Below, in pieces: positions 8,816 to 18,241 of a DNA stretch of 53,986 nucleotides. A program made the translations under genes and the position numbers. The stretch's first letter is position 1. Each line of letters opens with the position of its first letter. The notes beneath the pieces were generated by a model. It was not told the origin of the DNA. It saw only the letters and a program-made list of their open reading frames with translations, and ran no database searches. Source of the stretch: Acidobacteriota bacterium (GTDB lineage Bacteria; Acidobacteriota; Thermoanaerobaculia; Multivoradales; Multivoraceae); the NCBI GenBank assembly GCA_026708285.1, contig JAPOVF010000073.1, positions 16,063 through 70,048 of the forward strand, in the 5' to 3' direction.

Positions 8816-10276
8816 ATGATCGACCACGCACGTCGCTCCAGCGACGCCCTTCTCGCTGAACTCCGCGACGCTCTCGGGGAGGACGGCGTCCTCGTTGGCG
8901 GAGACGTGACGGCGAGGGCCGGCGACGGTTCGGGCACTGTCCCCTGCGTGGCCCGGGCAGTGCTTCGACCCCGCACCACGCAGCAACTCTCGGCGGCTCT
9001 CGCGGCCTGCCATGGCGCAAGCCAGCCGGTGGTGCCACAGGGTGGGTTGACCGGTCTCGTCGGTGGTGGTGTCGCCGGTGATCTCGAAGTCGCCATCACC
9101 CTGGAGCGAATGACCGCGATCGAGGAGATCGATCCGGTCGGCCGGACGATGACGGTAGAGGCGGGGGCCGCGCTGCAGAGCATCCAGGAGGCGGCCGAAG
9201 CCGAAGGGTTGCTGTTTCCGCTCGACCTGGGCGCGCGCGGCTCATGCACGATCGGCGGCAACGTGGCGACCAACGCCGGAGGCAACCGGACGATCCGCTA
9301 CGGCATGACCCGCGATTCGGTACTCGGCCTGGAGGCCGTGCTTGCCGACGGCACGGTGCTCTCGAGCCTGAACAAGATGGTGAAGAACAACGCGGGCTAT
9401 GACCTGAAACACCTCTTCGTCGGATCCGAGGGCACCCTGGGAATCGTCACCCGCGTCGTCCTGCGCCTGGAGCGGCGCCCCCGCAGCCACGACTGCGCCC
9501 TGCTGGCGGTTCCGGGCTTCACCAAAGTGGTCGAGCTGCTGCGCCGGCTGGAAGAGGAGATCGGCGGCTCGATGAGCGCCTTCGAGGTCATGTGGCGCGA
9601 GTTCTACGAGCTGGTCACCGGCCCGCAGGCGAGGACGGCGCCACCGATTCCGCACGGCGACCCTTACTACGTGCTGGTGGAGTCGCTGGGTGCGCGGCCC
9701 GAGCAGGACGCGGCGCAGTTCGAGGAGACGCTCGGCGAGTGCATGGAAGCCGGCCTGATCGGGAACGCGGTGCTTGGCCGATCGAAGGCGGAGCGGGACG
9801 AGATCTGGGCGTTGCGCGACGACGTCGAGCAAATGAACCACCTGGCGCCGATCTTCACCTTCGACGTCAGCCTGCGAATCGCCGACATGGAGAGCTACGT
9901 GGGGGAGATCAAGGCCGCCCTGACCGAGCGGTGGCCCGCCAGCCACTGCATCGTCTTTGGCCACCTGGGCGACGGCAACCTGCACGTCGTCGTCGCCGTG
10001 GGCGACCGCTCGGACGAAGCCCGAAGCGCAGTCGAGGAGATCGTCTACGGACACCTCGAGCCGATCGGCGGCTCGGTGTCGGCCGAACACGGCATCGGCT
10101 TCGAGAAGCGGGCCCACCTGGGCCGCAGCCGCACCGCTGAGGAGATCGCCCTGATGAAGACGCTCAAGCGGACCCTCGACCCCAGGGGCATCCTCAACCC
10201 TGGGCGAGTGTTCGAGGCAGAGGGCGCTCCGCCGACGGGCTCGCACGCCGGTGCCAGCGTGCGGCTTCCCGGCTAG
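8816..10276 (+). CDS. FAD-binding oxidoreductase (D-2-hydroxyglutarate/D-lactate dehydrogenase, GlcD-like)
   Basis: PQGGLTGLVGG, IGGNVATNAGG, GSEGTLG, GHLGDGNLH, SAEHGIG. Confidence 0.9.
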   Translation: MIDHARRSSDALLAELRDALGEDGVLVGGDVTARAGDGSGTVPCVARAVLRPRTTQQLSAALAACHGASQPVVPQGGLTGLVGGGVAGDLEVAITLERMTAIEEIDPVGRTMTVEAGAALQSIQEAAEAEGLLFPLDLGARGSCTIGGNVATNAGGNRTIRYGMTRDSVLGLEAVLADGTVLSSLNKMVKNNAGYDLKHLFVGSEGTLGIVTRVVLRLERRPRSHDCALLAVPGFTKVVELLRRLEEEIGGSMSAFEVMWREFYELVTGPQARTAPPIPHGDPYYVLVESLGARPEQDAAQFEETLGECMEAGLIGNAVLGRSKAERDEIWALRDDVEQMNHLAPIFTFDVSLRIADMESYVGEIKAALTERWPASHCIVFGHLGDGNLHVVVAVGDRSDEARSAVEEIVYGHLEPIGGSVSAEHGIGFEKRAHLGRSRTAEEIALMKTLKRTLDPRGILNPGRVFEAEGAPPTGSHAGASVRLPG

Positions 10277-10282
10277 GGACCT

Positions 10283-11296
10283 TCAGGCGTACTCGGGCGC
10301 CAGATCGTCGCGCAGCCGCTCGAGCAGTTCCTTCGTCTTCACGATGCCGTCGTCGGCCGCCATCCGGCCCTCGAACTCGATCCCTACCCAGCCGCGGTAG
10401 CCCGCGTCGAGCACGATCCGCATCATCTGCCCGTAGTCGATCGTCGTTTCGTCGCCGGCCTCGTCGAAGTCGTAGCTCTTGGCGCTGACAGCGCGGGCGT
10501 AGGGCATCAACTCGGCGACGCCCTCGTAGCGGTCGTACCACTCTTCGGGTTCGTACGAAGTCCGGAAGTTGCCGAAGTCGGGCAGGGTGCCGACCCGTGG
10601 ATGGTCAACCATCGCGATCGTGCCGGCGAGCCACTTGCCGTTGCTGGAGAGGTAGCCGTGGTTCTCCACCAGGACGTCAACGTCGTAGCCGTCGGCGTAC
10701 TCGCACAACTGGCGCAGGCCGTCCGCAGCCAGCTTCTGCTGCTCCTCGAAGGAACCGGCGCTGGCCGCGTTGACCCGCACCGAGTGGCAGCCCAGGAAGG
10801 CCGCCGCCTCGACCCACTTGTGGTGATTCTCCACCGACCGCGCGCGCGCCTCCGTGTCCGGAGCCCCGATGTCTCCCTCCGCATCGCACATGATCAGAAG
10901 GCTGGTCACGCCCTCGCTGTCGCAGCGGGACTTCAGATCCGCCAGGTACTCCTCGTCACGGGCGCGGTCGAAGAAGAACGTGTTGACGTACTCGACCGCC
11001 TCGATCCCGTGGCTGCGCGCGCGCGCCGGGAAGTCCAGGTGATCGAGTTCACCCTGGTAGAGCACGCTCGGGTCGTCCCGGAAGGACCCGTCGGCCAACG
11101 CGCTCAGGCCCGGCCCGAACAGCTCGCGGAAGTAGGACCATTCGGCCAGGGAGATGCGGTAGAGGGGGTCGGCGACGGCCGGGACAGCGGGCTCCTCCTC
11201 GGGCGCTGCACCCTCCATGCAGCCCGCGGCGGCCGCGGCGCCGAGCACGGCGCCCGTCTGCAGAAAACGTCTGCGGTCCATCGTCATCGAGCTCAC
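10283..11296 (-). CDS. Sugar phosphate isomerase/epimerase (xylose isomerase-like TIM barrel) with Tat-lipoprotein signal
   Basis: DRRRFL...AAGC N-terminus; VENHG, LPDFGNF, SAKS, GIEFEG. Confidence 0.85.
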   Translation of the reverse strand: MSSMTMDRRRFLQTGAVLGAAAAAGCMEGAAPEEEPAVPAVADPLYRISLAEWSYFRELFGPGLSALADGSFRDDPSVLYQGELDHLDFPARARSHGIEAVEYVNTFFFDRARDEEYLADLKSRCDSEGVTSLLIMCDAEGDIGAPDTEARARSVENHHKWVEAAAFLGCHSVRVNAASAGSFEEQQKLAADGLRQLCEYADGYDVDVLVENHGYLSSNGKWLAGTIAMVDHPRVGTLPDFGNFRTSYEPEEWYDRYEGVAELMPYARAVSAKSYDFDEAGDETTIDYGQMMRIVLDAGYRGWVGIEFEGRMAADDGIVKTKELLERLRDDLAPEYA

Positions 11297-11385
11297 CTCC
11301 AGCCGAGAATCCAGGGAGTGTAGCGCGCCCCGAAACCTCTAGGCCTCATCTCCGTAGTGGTGAGACAGGAGGAGTACAACTCGAC

Positions 11386-11664
11386 ATGGAAGTCCTGACC
11401 ATCCTGACCCTCGGGGCCATCGCCCTCGCCGTGCTGGCCGTCTTCGCCGCCATCGCATTCGTTGTGAAGATCGCCTTCAAGCTCGTGCTTCTGCCGTTCA
11501 AGATCATCGGCTTCATCGCCGCGACCCTGCTGGCCGCGATCCTGATTCCGATCGCGATCATCGCGCTGCCGGTGACCCTCGCCGTCGGCGTCGTGCTGCT
11601 CGTCGTCGGTGGGCTGGTGGCCGTCGTCTGCGCCGGATTCGGCCTGCTGAGCGCGATCTTCTAG
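11386..11664 (+). CDS. Small hydrophobic membrane protein, unknown function
   Basis: AGGAGGAG Shine-Dalgarno upstream; almost entirely hydrophobic 92 aa. Confidence 0.75.
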   Translation: MEVLTILTLGAIALAVLAVFAAIAFVVKIAFKLVLLPFKIIGFIAATLLAAILIPIAIIALPVTLAVGVVLLVVGGLVAVVCAGFGLLSAIF

Positions 11665-11676
11665 GAGAGAATTCGC

Positions 11677-11745
11677 GCTCGCCGCTCCGCGGCATCGCCC
11701 GGATCGCGGGCCAGATGGCCCGCGCAACGGCCGGCGCACCCAGTC
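11677..11745. repeat. REP-like dispersed repeat, copy 2, with central 9-bp hairpin (possible terminator)
   Basis: Shares both ends with 4157-4213; central CGCGGGCCA-GA-TGGCCCGCG; lies between convergent genes. Confidence 0.8.
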
Positions 11746-13138
11746 AATGCACCAGGTGCCACTCGGTCTGGCGACCCGCCAGGTAGAGCACCTGCTCGCC
11801 GTCGTAGACGGCGCTCTGTTCCAGCTTGATCTGGACGTCCTGGCCGCCCCACATCTCGAGTTCGACCTTCACGTTGCCCTCAATCGCGTAGGCGGTGTCC
11901 GGGTACAGCGGCCAGTCGCCCCGGATCGGCGTCGGCCCCTGGTTGTCCCACATGCCGATCGTCGGCCCCGGCGCGTGGCCGAAGACGCCGAGAGGATGCG
12001 TGTAGGTGCTGGAGCGCAGACCTTCGTCGGTGGCGATCGAGATCGTCGCGGCAAGGATCTCGTTGCCGGTGCGGCCGGTCCTGAACTCGCTCGTCAGGAT
12101 GTCCTGCCAGCGGTTGCCCGCCGCCAGCGCGTCCTGGAGTCCGGCCGGCGCCTCCCGCTCACCAAGGCGCAGTACGTAACCCATCTCCTGGGTGTCGGTG
12201 CACAGCCCGATGTAGCAGATGCCCACGTCCGTATGCAGCACGTCGCCGCGCTGGATGACGAACTCGCCGCTACCGCCGCAGAACGGCTCGTCGGCACCGC
12301 ATTCGCTGTCCTCATCGGTGGCCCGGCGCTGGGCGTTGACCGAGGGCAGGAACCAGATGTCGAGACCGAGATCCTCGAAGCGCTGGGCGATGTACCAGAC
12401 CACATCGTCCGTCGTCGTCGCGCCCGGAGTGATGACGCGCTCCGAGAAAGCCTCCGCGATCACGCCACGAGCCAACGAGACGATCTGCGGGTAGGCCTCC
12501 ATCTGCAGCGGGCTGCGGGTCTCGATCCAGCGCACGACCAGCTCCTCGGCGCTGGTCACCCGTTCCTTGAGTCCGGGCGTCAGCACTTCGAGCAGCCGTT
12601 CGTGCAGCGCCGCCGACAGACCGTCCGCGACCGGCCAGTGGCGCGAGACGTTGATGCCGATGCGTTTCGGGTCGCGGTCCCCGATCACTTCGCCCAGTCC
12701 CTGCCACTGCTCTTCCAGGTCGCCGCCCTCCCAGGCCGACTCGTACAGAGCGCCGTACGGATAGCGGTTGACGGTCAGGAGCTCCACGCCGCCGTTGTCC
12801 GGCCCGCGGTCGAAGAACACGAGCATCGTCGTCCGCCGGGCCGCGAACACAGGCCGCGGCACCAGGCTGAAGAAGACCGGGTCCTCGTTGTACTCCCGGT
12901 TGATCACCAGCCACATGTCGATCCCGGTCTCGCGCATGAGTCGCGGGAGGAGCGTCTCCAGGCGTTCCTCGAGCATGCGGTTGAAGGGCTCGACCCGATC
13001 GCGGTGCGGGAGCACATGGCCAGGGCCGTCGAGCACCCGGCCCTGCTCGAAGTGGCCGGTCTGCGCGAAGGCGGGGGTCAAGCCCAGCGTGAGCGTGACG
13101 ACGATGGCCGTCGCCGCGTGCGCGCGGGATCGCTTCAT
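11744..13138 (-). CDS. Secreted M24 family (Xaa-Pro) metallopeptidase
   Basis: Signal peptide; GDVLHTDVG, TDTQ, THPLG..GHAPGPTIG, AIE metal-ligand motifs. Confidence 0.85.
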   Translation of the reverse strand: MKRSRAHAATAIVVTLTLGLTPAFAQTGHFEQGRVLDGPGHVLPHRDRVEPFNRMLEERLETLLPRLMRETGIDMWLVINREYNEDPVFFSLVPRPVFAARRTTMLVFFDRGPDNGGVELLTVNRYPYGALYESAWEGGDLEEQWQGLGEVIGDRDPKRIGINVSRHWPVADGLSAALHERLLEVLTPGLKERVTSAEELVVRWIETRSPLQMEAYPQIVSLARGVIAEAFSERVITPGATTTDDVVWYIAQRFEDLGLDIWFLPSVNAQRRATDEDSECGADEPFCGGSGEFVIQRGDVLHTDVGICYIGLCTDTQEMGYVLRLGEREAPAGLQDALAAGNRWQDILTSEFRTGRTGNEILAATISIATDEGLRSSTYTHPLGVFGHAPGPTIGMWDNQGPTPIRGDWPLYPDTAYAIEGNVKVELEMWGGQDVQIKLEQSAVYDGEQVLYLAGRQTEWHLVH

Positions 13139-14313
13139 GTTCGCAGTACCTCCAGATGTCCCTCGACCACCGCCGTTCGAGCCGTAGCCAACAAGGCAGT
13201 TCGAACTCCAGCGTCCCCCGTCAACGGGACCCGACCGCCTCCGATCAGGCGCCGCACGAGTTCCACGCCGGCGTAGCGCGCGGCCAACTCCGGGTCGAGG
13301 CCGGGTGGTCCGGCTTCGACCGCTGGCTCGCCCTCCCGTTGCTCGAGGCCGGTGTCGTCAGGTTCCCGCTCGTCGCCGGAACGTCCCGCGGCCGCGGAAA
13401 GGAAGGTCCGGACAACCTCCTCGGGCTGCCGGGCAAGCAGCAGATGGGCGAGCCCTGTACCCACATCGAACTCGGCATCCCCCCACTCGCCGTACTGCGG
13501 ATCGACGACGCGGACGTCGCCGTCCGGCAGGTGCAGCCAGTTGCCCGGATGAAAGGTGCCGTGCACGAGACAGGTGTCCGAGTCGCGGTAGCGTTTCCCG
13601 AGTTCCGCCACCGCCTTCCGGAACTCCCCATCGGACCGCATGGCCATCGCCGACGCCCCAAGGCCCTCCTCGAGTTCATCGAGCGCAGGGCGGTCGAGCG
13701 CGGGACCGTCGGGGCCGAGGCCCTCGCCGACGGGAGGCGCGAGGCCATACGGCGCCTCGAACAGGAGCCGGTGGTTCAGGCCCTTCATGCCCGGATTCGA
13801 CAGCTCCCGATCTTCGCATCCACGCGTACTCTCGTGGAGCGCCCGAAGGAACGAACCGAGGCCGGCCGCTGCGCCCTCGTCCAGCACACGACCGCAGTAG
13901 AGCACCGTCAGGTCCGAGGAGCCGCGGAAATCCTCCAGAAGCACGATCGATCGCTTCTCGTCGCCGCCCAGGAGACGCGGCATGTGCGACGCGGCCTCCG
14001 GCAGTCGGGCCACCTGCCGGTAGAAGCGGAACTCGGCACGCCCCCGGCCAGCCGGCATGGCGACCGACTCGTCGCGCCGGAGCCAGGGCAGGGACTGCTT
14101 CAGGACCGCGGTGCGCCAGCCGCCGCGCAACTCCTGCAGTTCCACCCGCATGACGGTGCTCGAGTTGCCGCCGAGCCCAGAGCAAGCGGTGACCTGTTCC
14201 TCGTCGCCCAGCCAGCCAAGAGCCCCCATGACCAGATCCACCCGTCCCGCCTGGCGGTGAGACAGAATGTGAACCTCTGGGTGTGCCTCCTCGAACTCCG
14301 CCCGCCGGCTCAT
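13135..14313 (-). CDS. APH/methylthioribose-kinase-like phosphotransferase fold protein with substituted catalytic Asp
   Basis: VLKQSLPW, LLEDF, HGTFHPGN (expected HGD), VVDPQY. Confidence 0.75.
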   Translation of the reverse strand: MSRRAEFEEAHPEVHILSHRQAGRVDLVMGALGWLGDEEQVTACSGLGGNSSTVMRVELQELRGGWRTAVLKQSLPWLRRDESVAMPAGRGRAEFRFYRQVARLPEAASHMPRLLGGDEKRSIVLLEDFRGSSDLTVLYCGRVLDEGAAAGLGSFLRALHESTRGCEDRELSNPGMKGLNHRLLFEAPYGLAPPVGEGLGPDGPALDRPALDELEEGLGASAMAMRSDGEFRKAVAELGKRYRDSDTCLVHGTFHPGNWLHLPDGDVRVVDPQYGEWGDAEFDVGTGLAHLLLARQPEEVVRTFLSAAAGRSGDEREPDDTGLEQREGEPAVEAGPPGLDPELAARYAGVELVRRLIGGGRVPLTGDAGVRTALLATARTAVVEGHLEVLRT

Positions 14314-14390
14314 CGGCGCAAGCTATCACCGGGTTTACGTGTCGTTGTGCGGAGCTGCGTTCTACGGCGCAAGCTCCTAGAATGCGCCGC

Positions 14391-15146
14391 ATGGGCAGGG
14401 TCGACGGCGCAGGATCCGAGGTGCTACGGATCGCGATGTGGTCCGGGCCCCGCAACATCTCGACGGCGATGCTGCGCGCCTGGGGCAACCGCGGCGACAC
14501 CTTCGTCTGCGACGAGCCTCTTTACGCGAACTACCTGCTGGAGCACGGTCTCGACCACCCCGGGCGCGAGGACATCCTCGCCCGTCACGACAGCGACCTC
14601 GGGCGGGTCACCAAGTGGTTGACCGAGGACGCTCCGGAGAACCGGCCGATCTTCTACCAGAAGCACATGGCCCATCATCTGCTTCCGGAAACGGACCGCT
14701 CCTGGGTCTCGCGGCTGACGAACGTCTTCCTGATCCGCGATCCGGCCGAGATGCTGACTTCATTGATCCGCATCCTGCCGCAGCCCACCCTGGCCGACAC
14801 CGGCCTGCCACAGCAGCGGGAGCTCTTCGACCTGGAGTCGGAGCGGCTCGGAGAGGCGCCGGCGGTGATCGACTCCGCCGACGTGCTGCGCAACCCGCGC
14901 GCCGGCCTGGAGAGCCTGTGCCGCGCCGTCGGCGCCGAGTTCGACGAGACGATGCTGAGCTGGCCGCCCGGGCGCCGCGGAACGGACGGGGTCTGGGCGC
15001 CCCACTGGTACGGTGCCGTCGAGAAAAGCACCGGCTTCGCTCCCTACAGGCCCAAGAACGAGCCCGTACCCGACTTCCTCGCGGGCGTCCTGGAAGAGTG
15101 CCAGCAGCACTACGATCACCTCGCCGCGCACCGGCTCCTCTTCTGA
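14391..15146 (+). CDS. Sulfotransferase-like P-loop domain protein (BCAT-associated)
   Basis: IAMWSGPRNISTAMLR, DEPLY, YQKHMAHH, FLIRDP, DGVWAPHWY. Confidence 0.8.
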   Translation: MGRVDGAGSEVLRIAMWSGPRNISTAMLRAWGNRGDTFVCDEPLYANYLLEHGLDHPGREDILARHDSDLGRVTKWLTEDAPENRPIFYQKHMAHHLLPETDRSWVSRLTNVFLIRDPAEMLTSLIRILPQPTLADTGLPQQRELFDLESERLGEAPAVIDSADVLRNPRAGLESLCRAVGAEFDETMLSWPPGRRGTDGVWAPHWYGAVEKSTGFAPYRPKNEPVPDFLAGVLEECQQHYDHLAAHRLLF

Positions 15147-15168
15147 CCCGAAAGACCGCACGACTTCC

Positions 15169-16068
15169 ATGCTCCAGAAGGCGAACCCAAAGAACCGGGA
15201 TCTGCTGATCAACATCAACGGCGACCTGATCCACCGCGATCAGGCCGGGATCAGTCCATTCGACTCCGCCGTCCAGGGGGGCGACGCGGTCTGGGAGGGT
15301 TTGCGGCTGTACGACGGCCGGATCTTCAAGCTCGAACGGCATCTCGACCGTCTGCGGGACTCGGCGCTTGCCCTGGCCTTCGCCCGGATTCCCACCCACG
15401 AGGAGGTCATCGGCGAGATCCGCCGCACTCTCGAAGCGAACGGGATGCGGGACGACGTCCACATCCGGCTGACCCTGACCCGCGGTACGAAAGTCACTTC
15501 CGGCATGGATCCGAGGCTCAACGTCGCGGGACCGACGCTGATCGTCCTCGCCGAACACAAGGCGCCGGTCTACGGATCCCGGCCGATCCGCCTGATCACT
15601 TCGTCGATCCGCCGCTTCCCGCCCGACTGCATGGACCCGAAGATCCACCACAACAACCTGATCCAGTCCATTCTGGCGAAGATCGAAGCGAACGCGGCCG
15701 GCGCCGATGACGCCCTGATGCTGGACCGCCAGGGTTTCGTCGCCGAGACGAACGCGACCCACGTCTTCATCGTGCGAAGCGGCGTGGTCACGACGAGCCA
15801 CTGCAGGGCGTGCCCGGAGGGCGTCACCCGCGAGACGGTTCTCGAACTCTGCCGGGAGAACGACATTCCCCACGAAGTCGCCGACTTCAGCCAGGCCGAG
15901 CTCTACCGCGCCGACGAGGCGTTCTGCACCGGCACGATGGGCGAACTCGTGGCGGTCACCGAGGTCGACGGCCGGACGATCGGCGGCGGCGAGCGGCCGG
16001 TGCTCGAACGGCTGCAACAGCTCTTCCGCGAACTGACCGCCTACTCCGGCTATCCGATCCTCGACTGA
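15169..16068 (+). CDS. Class IV aminotransferase (branched-chain/D-amino acid aminotransferase-like)
   Basis: GDAVWEGLR, HLDRL, DPKIHHNNL, AETNATHVF, EGVTR, EAFCTGT. Confidence 0.9.
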   Translation: MLQKANPKNRDLLININGDLIHRDQAGISPFDSAVQGGDAVWEGLRLYDGRIFKLERHLDRLRDSALALAFARIPTHEEVIGEIRRTLEANGMRDDVHIRLTLTRGTKVTSGMDPRLNVAGPTLIVLAEHKAPVYGSRPIRLITSSIRRFPPDCMDPKIHHNNLIQSILAKIEANAAGADDALMLDRQGFVAETNATHVFIVRSGVVTTSHCRACPEGVTRETVLELCRENDIPHEVADFSQAELYRADEAFCTGTMGELVAVTEVDGRTIGGGERPVLERLQQLFRELTAYSGYPILD

Positions 16069-16072
16069 CGCG

Positions 16073-18109
16073 ATGAACCCGGAAGGCGCCCCGCCCCCGG
16101 CCAGTCGTCTTCAGAGGTGGCTGCTGGGACTGCTGCTTGTGTGGTCCTTCGCCGTCCGCCTGGTCTTCAGCTGGCCCGATCCCACGATGAACCGGATCTG
16201 GGACGAGCGCTACAACGCTGGCAACGTCGCCGCGATCCTGGCCGAAGGGCAGTTCCAACCGGTGCGCGCCCACTATCCGACCCTGTCCTACATGCCGCAC
16301 GCCCTGCTGCTGAAGACGTGGGAGGCCGCGCGCTCCCTTCCCGGCCTGCGAGCCGCTCCCTCCGCCGTGGCGATGGCCCCGCAGGGCAGGCCCTTTCTGA
16401 CGCCCTTCGGTGTCCGCGCCTGCCGTTTCCTTCAGGTCGTCGTGGGCACCGCGTCGCTCTGGGTCCTCTACCTCATCGGCAGGCGGCTGTTTGGACCGGG
16501 CGCGGCCCTGACCGCGGTCCTGCTTCTCTCGGTCACCCCCTGGCACCTGCGCCAGTCGGGAGCCTTCAAGCCCGACATCATGATGGTCCTCGCCTCGGTC
16601 GTTGCGCTCTACGCCATGCTGGCGGCTCGGAACCCTGGTGGCGCGTCCCCGCGCCACCAGCGTCACAGTCCGAGCGCCCGTCTTCGGGCGCTCGGATGTC
16701 AGAACGGCAGTCTGAAGAGCTTTGCCGTCGCCGGGGCCATGGTCGGAGCCACCGCGGCCGCGAAGTGGAACGGGGGCGCGCTCGTCATCCCGCTGCTTGC
16801 GACCATCGCGCTCGGAGGAATCCGGGACGTCGGACTCGTCGTGCGGCGGACGGCCGCAGCCGGCGCTGCCGCGGTCGGCGTGCTCGTGCTTCTCAATCCG
16901 TGGCTGCTGCTCGTTCCCGATCTCTACCGCCGCCACCTGAGCTCGACCGTTACCCAGTACCAGGAACGACTGGCAGTGGCGGGTTCCGGATGGTTCGACC
17001 AGCCGCTCAGCGTCGTCACCAGCCTCGCAAGCGGTGTCTACTTCAGCCCGATCCTGGGCGCCCTCGCCCTGCTCGGGCTCGCCTGGCTCCTCGTTCTCGT
17101 CCTCCGCACCCGAACGGCGTCCGCCCCGCTCCCGGGCGCCGGAGGCTCAGCGACGGTCGGCGACGCCTGGATTCTGCTGTTCTTCTCCGGCGGCTACGTG
17201 GCAGCGCTCTGGGCCGCCACGCGCTATCCGAAGCCGCCCAATTGGCTGATCGTCGCCCCCGTCGCCGCACTCGCCGCCGCCTGGCTGATTCACCGTGTTC
17301 TCGGATCGGCCCGAACCGCTCACCCCGTCTGGGTGCGCCGAACGGCGGTACCGGCCCTGGTCCTCGTCTTCGCCGGCGCGTTCGCCGCCAAGGCCCACTT
17401 CGTCCACCGAACCGTGCATGACGAGAACGTTCCGCTCACCGTCGACGAAGCGGCCCGCGTCGCGGGCGCCCGCAAGCCGCTGCGGGGTCGAACATTCATC
17501 ACCGAACTGCCACTCGGAGCCCAGGCCTTCGATCCCCGCACATGGGAGAGCGCCTTCGTGCCCACCGTCATCCGGACCGACGACCTCGCGGAGGGGCTCG
17601 CGGTCGAGCCCCGAATGGCCGACGTGCTGCTCTTCGCCGCTTCCCGGCTCGCGCCCGACCAGCATCCGGCACACCGGGAGCTGGCAGCCGCCGACGGCGC
17701 ACAGGTCCAGCGTTTCGAACCCGGACTGTTCCGCCTGCGCGGCGAACCCGTGGTCCTCGTCCGCCAACCGTTCCAGGCTGTCGGACCTCCCGCCCCCGCA
17801 CCGTTCGCCATGGCTGGGGAAGGCGCGTACTCGGTAGACCTTAGTTCGCTTGCTGGCAGCGTCGACGGCAGGCTTGCGTCGCTGGTCTCCCTCGAGATCG
17901 CCATCCGCACGCCGTCGCGCGACACGGTCGACGTGACCGTCGAGATCGACGGAGACCCTCTCCCCTGCCGGCCGACCCAGAAGGGCCGAGAGCGACGCCG
18001 CTGCCTCACGCCGCGGCTTCCGCTGTCGTCGACACCGGTGGACGTACGAGTGGCACCGGCCCGTGAAGTGATCCAGGTGACCGTCTTCCGCTGGCGCCGG
18101 CCGGACTGA
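16073..18109 (+). CDS. ArnT/PMT-like (GT-C fold) membrane glycosyltransferase
   Basis: WDE after TM1, HYP, LYLIGRRLFG, KPD, AAKWNG; many transmembrane helices. Confidence 0.8.
   Translation: MNPEGAPPPASRLQRWLLGLLLVWSFAVRLVFSWPDPTMNRIWDERYNAGNVAAILAEGQFQPVRAHYPTLSYMPHALLLKTWEAARSLPGLRAAPSAVAMAPQGRPFLTPFGVRACRFLQVVVGTASLWVLYLIGRRLFGPGAALTAVLLLSVTPWHLRQSGAFKPDIMMVLASVVALYAMLAARNPGGASPRHQRHSPSARLRALGCQNGSLKSFAVAGAMVGATAAAKWNGGALVIPLLATIALGGIRDVGLVVRRTAAAGAAAVGVLVLLNPWLLLVPDLYRRHLSSTVTQYQERLAVAGSGWFDQPLSVVTSLASGVYFSPILGALALLGLAWLLVLVLRTRTASAPLPGAGGSATVGDAWILLFFSGGYVAALWAATRYPKPPNWLIVAPVAALAAAWLIHRVLGSARTAHPVWVRRTAVPALVLVFAGAFAAKAHFVHRTVHDENVPLTVDEAARVAGARKPLRGRTFITELPLGAQAFDPRTWESAFVPTVIRTDDLAEGLAVEPRMADVLLFAASRLAPDQHPAHRELAAADGAQVQRFEPGLFRLRGEPVVLVRQPFQAVGPPAPAPFAMAGEGAYSVDLSSLAGSVDGRLASLVSLEIAIRTPSRDTVDVTVEIDGDPLPCRPTQKGRERRRCLTPRLPLSSTPVDVRVAPAREVIQVTVFRWRRPD
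16635..16699. repeat. Tandem perfect palindromes in frame inside the glycosyltransferase
   Basis: CTGGTGGCGCG-TCCC-CGCGCCACCAG (16635-16660) and TCCGAGCGCCCG-TCTT-CGGGCGCTCGGA (16669-16696). Confidence 0.85.
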
Positions 18110-18167
18110 CTCGATCCCGCGCCCTGCACGGGCTCTTGCCGTTCGTCCAGTTCTGTGCAACGATCCC

Positions 18168-18198
18168 TATGCTGCGGTGCAGTAAGCAGTGCAGCATA
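18168..18198 (+). promoter_or_regulatory. Putative PhaR-type operator upstream of the lipid storage operon
   Basis: CTGC-GGT-GCAG (18172-18182), second near-site AGC-AGT-GCAG (18185-18194), framed by inverted repeat TATGCTGC...GCAGCATA. Confidence 0.6.
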
Positions 18199-18241
18199 CA
18201 GCCCCTGACCTCCCCAGATCCGCCGTCCTCTGGAGAATCCG

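Noticed and set aside
13676-13705. Short tandem duplication encoding PALDRPALDE
   Set aside because: A single 15-nt slippage-type duplication with no evident function
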